Source: Raillietiella orientalis (Eukaryota). Taken from it: 64,000 nucleotides of DNA. Every line of letters starts with the position of its first letter. The first letter of the stretch is position 1. The notes below the pieces were generated by a model. It worked only from the letters and a program-made list of their open reading frames with translations. It did no database searches and had not been told where the DNA came from. Shown piece after piece: positions 60,050 to 64,000 of the stretch. The stretch covers positions 9,796,001 to 9,860,000 of the forward strand of contig JAYWIR010000001.1 of NCBI GenBank assembly GCA_036172245.1, read 5' to 3'. The position numbers and the translations under genes were made by a program.

Positions 60050-62950
60050 TTAAGTTTGAACCCGCTTTCCCCTTGAGGGGATGCAGAGAGACGCTTGGCA
60101 GAGAACGGTAACCACGTCACTGCGGGAGACCTGGTGTCCAGGAGCAACCATCCTCTGGTGCCCTCTCTGGCACTTCCCTCGCGAGAGCCACTGAATTTCC
60201 GCGCTTCTCTTTCGACAACCACGAGACGACGTGGACGAAAGCAGTTTGGTTTCGGCTGGCAATGGCAAAAAGGGAACCCCCTCCCCCCCCCCGATCGCGT
60301 CGTAAGCAGTTTGCGCAGCGACGGCTTTCTCACGCAGCCACGCGCGCACCTTCAGCCTAACCAAGCGACGTAGGCCTACACCGTTCCGTGCGGTGTTCAC
60401 TGTCGCACGCTGTAAATACACCGCCATCATTTGTGTGGCAACGAGGGGGGCATTATCGTTTGGCTCGTGCAGTGTACCTTCGCGGGAGAATGGAACGCCA
60501 ACCGTTCCCGATGGTGCGCGCGGTCCAGTAAAAGGCGCCGCCGACCGAGTCACACGCCGCCTCGGCAAGAGACCGTAGTGTCCTTCGCTCTTTCTCCGAT
60601 CTATTGCTTCGAACAAGGGAGATCCAGAAGTACCACTGAGTGGCATCCGCAGAGGTCGGACGCCAAGATTACCCCCTGACACAGCCGCAGCCGGCGATAC
60701 CAATGCGAGGTTCATCCATCCACCTTTCCACCCTTGGTGCGATGACAGCTCCTCTAATGATCAGCGTCACGCGGTGGACGGACAGAAGGACGGGCATTCT
60801 CAGAACGTCGTCCACCTGTATGGACGGGAAACGAGGGAGATGAGCTGGACACACTAAGGACACTCCCCCCCCCCCATTCTTCTTGAAAATAATTTCCGCA
60901 CCCCAGTGACCCCCGTGAGCAGAGACGACCGTTTCGGGTTGCGAAACCACGGTCCTTCAGTTTGAGACGAGGAGAGCAGGAAAGACTGTTTCTGACACGC
61001 GCTTGCCGAGGCTTTCGCACCCACCCCTCCAGTCCCGAAGGGATGCCCTCGAAAGTTCCCGATTCCTACTTCCTTCTTGCTTGCCTTTTGTGCCCCCCCC
61101 CCCCAACCCAGGTCTCTCTCTCTGAAGATTCCCGAGAGTCCCTGTCCCCTTTTCCTTCCTTCCCATTCCCCCTCCTCCCCCCGTCATCATCACATACACA
61201 CATCGTCGCAGCTGTCCGTTCCTCAGCACTGTGGTGATGGTCTGGAGGAGGCTGCTGATGATCCCCATTGGAACACTCGTTTCTAAAGAACCAAGGGTGG
61301 ATGGAAGTGGAGCGAAAGGAGAGGACTCTGAAGCCATCAAGGCGTCCTCCGGGGTACTGAGGTGCCACCGATTCCAGTAGGATTTTCCCCGACGTCCTAA
61401 AGTCCAAGTTGAGAGAGCAGTCTGAAACTTCGGTGCCGAAGCCTCCAGGATTGCGAGCGAAAGATCTTGAGAGTAAGAGGAGCAAAGGTGGCGCGCATCT
61501 CACGCGAAGTCAGATCTTTTTTGGGGTGTTTTTTTTTCTGGCACTCGACTGGAAGTCGAGAACCCTCTTTTGCTCTTTCTGTCTTGCTTGATCTTTAATC
61601 TCCTCGAGTCATGAGACTTGCCTCTGGAACGCAAAAGGAATCTCAATGAGCACCTGTGCGCGCTAATGGGGGCAGGGAGCGAAGCGAGTTCGAATTGGAT
61701 TCCCTCCTCCAGTTTCGTGTACCCTGGAAGGGTGGAATCCACCACAAAACAGCTTAGAAATATCCGACTACTTTCTCTTTTTACTTTCGAGAGCAGCACT
61801 AGATCAGATCTCATGAATTGGAAAGTCTTATCAGATCCTCCGATTTTCAAGAGTTCTTTCATCGTTCTGATGCTCTTCAGGAACCCATGGAAAGCTCAAA
61901 CTCTGCTCAGACCTTAATGAAGTCAGTAAAGAATTCGTAATGCGGTTTCTCTTCTTAGGTTGCTTACGAACACTAATATTGGGCTATCTGAATAGCATCT
62001 GTCAGGATAATCGAGACTGCAAAGAACGTGGAGAGCACCATAACATATGAAGGGCAGCAATATTGAAAGTCACTAACAATTTTCAATTGCCTCAAACTTG
62101 AAATTAGAGCTTTCATTTCATGTATCATCATGTGATTATACAAGTGCTTTGTAGACATTACAATTTATTCTTCAGCGAAGTTGTCATCAACTCATCTCAG
62201 CTGAAGATTTTCACGCTCACGAGCATCTTTGATAAATAGCAGTGATGTCGAAACGCAAAACCAAATTACAAAAGCTCAAAATTTATTATTAATTGAAATT
62301 CTTACAAAATTGTCTTGGTCTGGAAAAAAAAGGAAAGGAAAGAAAGAAAAGAGCACTATAATCACAGGAATAATTAAGGGAGCATCAGTTTTCGATAGGA
62401 CAGCTTCCTTCAGAGCATAAACAAATCGTGTATCCTGCGTCACGTGTGACCCGTGATTGATAAGTTTTAGGTGCGGGTTCACTGGGCAACAAAAGATGGG
62501 TGTAATCGTTTCTAACGAAAACCTATGATCGTTTCTCGAAAAGATTAGATTGGATTAGATTATGGTGGACGGCGGCAAGAAGAAAACTCTGAAACGGGTC
62601 ACCCTTGAATTCCGTCGCGGGCCGCAGGGCTCCCATCATCAGATTTCAGTTTGGAGAGACGTTGAATTCGACGGTTGCAGTTGAGGGCTGGCTTTCTTTC
62701 TTTCCCTCGCCATGAAACCAGCACAGACAAAGCCCTCACTCGAACAGCAACCTTGCCCGAAAGTCGGCCCCCTGAAACACGGCTGCCACGGGCCGAGGAG
62801 ACCGGCCCGTTGCGGAGTTTCGGTGTCAGCATGAGAGAGGATCCTTTCTTCTGACACGAGCACTGTGTGACGCCTGCCGGCAGCGTTGGGTCGGGCGCAG
62901 CCGAGTGGTTTTCGGAAACAGGTTGTCAGAACATGTTTGAAGTCCAACTT
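60050..62950 (-). CDS. Candidate uncharacterised multi-exon gene, head-to-head with TSEN54 (model not resolved)
   Basis: Coding-like minus-strand segments, several with splice-like borders: DTRFVYALKEAVLSKTDAPLIIP (about 62433-62365); GFLKSIRTMKELLKIGGSDKTFQFMRSDLVLLSK..GIQFELASLPAPISAH (about 61890-61655); SVPMGIISSLLQTITTVLRNGQLRR (about 61280-61205); VDDVLRMPVLLSVHRVTLIIRGAVIAPRVE (about 60815-60725); NAPLVATQMMAVYLQRATVN (about 60455-60395). No family was recognised. Confidence 0.3.
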
Positions 62951-62958
62951 ACTGCATG

Positions 62959-62992
62959 TGACCCTTCCACAAAATTTTTGACCCTTCCACAA
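62959..62992. repeat. 14-bp direct repeat TGACCCTTCCACAA x2, period 20
   Basis: Exact copies at 62959-62972 and 62979-62992. Confidence 0.8.
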
Positions 62993-63382
62993 CGTGACTA
63001 GATGTAAAAAAGTATAGACTGTCTTTACGTATACGCATTAGATGAAGCTTTATGTATTTGTATATCTTTGTTTTTTCTCGCCAGTGTTCTGCATGTAGTC
63101 TAAAGAGATTTTTAATGTTTTCATTTCATAAGCTGCCTTGTGAACTTAAAATGTTTAAGTGAATTATCCGCAGTTCCCAAGAGGCATTTCCTCTGAGCAA
63201 ACATTCCCGTGGGAAATGGGTATAAGCACGTGAAATATACCTCCTCCGAGTGACGTAGTGTCAAAATCCACTTGCAAGCTAATTCATTTCAACAGCAAAG
63301 TATCAGGTCACATTTGGACACTTGAGATATAAAAGCCAAAATAAATGAAAATACACATACACTACTAGCAGCAGATAAACAA

Positions 63383-64000
63383 ATGGCAGTAAACTTCGCT
63401 GATGTGAAGCTCCCCAAATTGTGCATAAAGTCCTTCAAGCCATGTGAAGATGAGATAGAGGAAATTCAGGAACGGTTCCAACAGTACATTGATGTTATTG
63501 GTCAGAAAAAGTTGCAGAAAAGGTATGCTGACCAGGGGGAACTCTTGAGAATGTTTTGCCATTTGTGTGCATAACTTAAACCCTCTCCAAAAGATGAAAG
63601 CATGCATTCAACTAGTCTTAAGGCACAGTAATCTTTTCATAATCATTTGTGTGCCGTGTTTTCAGAAAAGACTTGATGACAGGAGTTTGGATAGAAGCAA
63701 AAAGAGCAGTGCACCTAACCAAAGTGCGGGGCAACCAGTGGCAACATATGGGCTTTAGTGATCATTTTTTAGGAAAAAAAGAGAAGTTCATTCTTGAGGA
63801 GGAAGCCCTTTTTCTGATGGAAACTGTATGTCTGTATGTAATGGTGAATACAAATCCAAGCTACTTAAGGGAAAACTAGAAGTTCTATGGAATGGATATG
63901 CTTTAAGCATTCAGCATGCTTATCAAATATGGCTAACCAATCCTAGCAGACTGGATGCATACCAAGTGTACTCACATCTTAGCAGACAAGGATACAAACT
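63383..64000 (+). CDS. TSEN54: tRNA-splicing endonuclease subunit Sen54, N-terminal part (runs off the window end; true start may be upstream)
   Basis: Exons: 63383-63522 (MAVNFADVKLPKLCIKSFKP...QKKLQKR); 63666-63825 (KDLMTGVWIEAKRAVHLTKVRGNQWQHMGFS...EEEALFLMET); 63870-64000 (GKLEVLWNGYALSIQHAYQIWLTNPSRLDAYQVYSHLSRQGYK). These match recalled Sen54 motifs G.FW.TMG, EEALYL.E.G, LSIQEAY and YQV.SHL.R.GY. Introns are GT-AG, 143 nt and 44 nt, with consistent phases. Confidence 0.9.

Overview
Eukaryotic (animal, arthropod-type) genomic DNA. It is mostly GC/CpG-rich, full of homopolymer and microsatellite runs, and broken by sharp AT-richer islands. Most long ORFs in the six-frame track are GC-driven shadow ORFs. 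Four genes are recognisable by eye. (1) A Tartan/Capricious-family LRR type-I membrane protein with a single coding exon (minus, 2882-4492). (2) A 4-exon SPEF1/CLAMP sperm-flagellar CH-domain gene (minus, 30670-32821), whose first exon is absent from the ORF track. (3) A Dusky/Dusky-like ZP-domain cuticle protein (plus, 57404-59167) with a plausible TATA/Inr promoter and a non-coding first exon near 52.9 kb. (4) The 5' part of TSEN54 (plus, 63383 to the window end). Between these lie several stretches that look like unidentified, fast-evolving multi-exon genes with very short (44-52 nt) introns, and a scatter of RFX X-box motifs. The most interesting hypothesis is an unannotated RFX-controlled ciliary/sperm gene neighbourhood around SPEF1, built with micro-introns that partly use AAG acceptors. 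No rRNA, tRNA, CRISPR array or intact transposon could be supported. All family assignments come from recalled motifs; no search was run.
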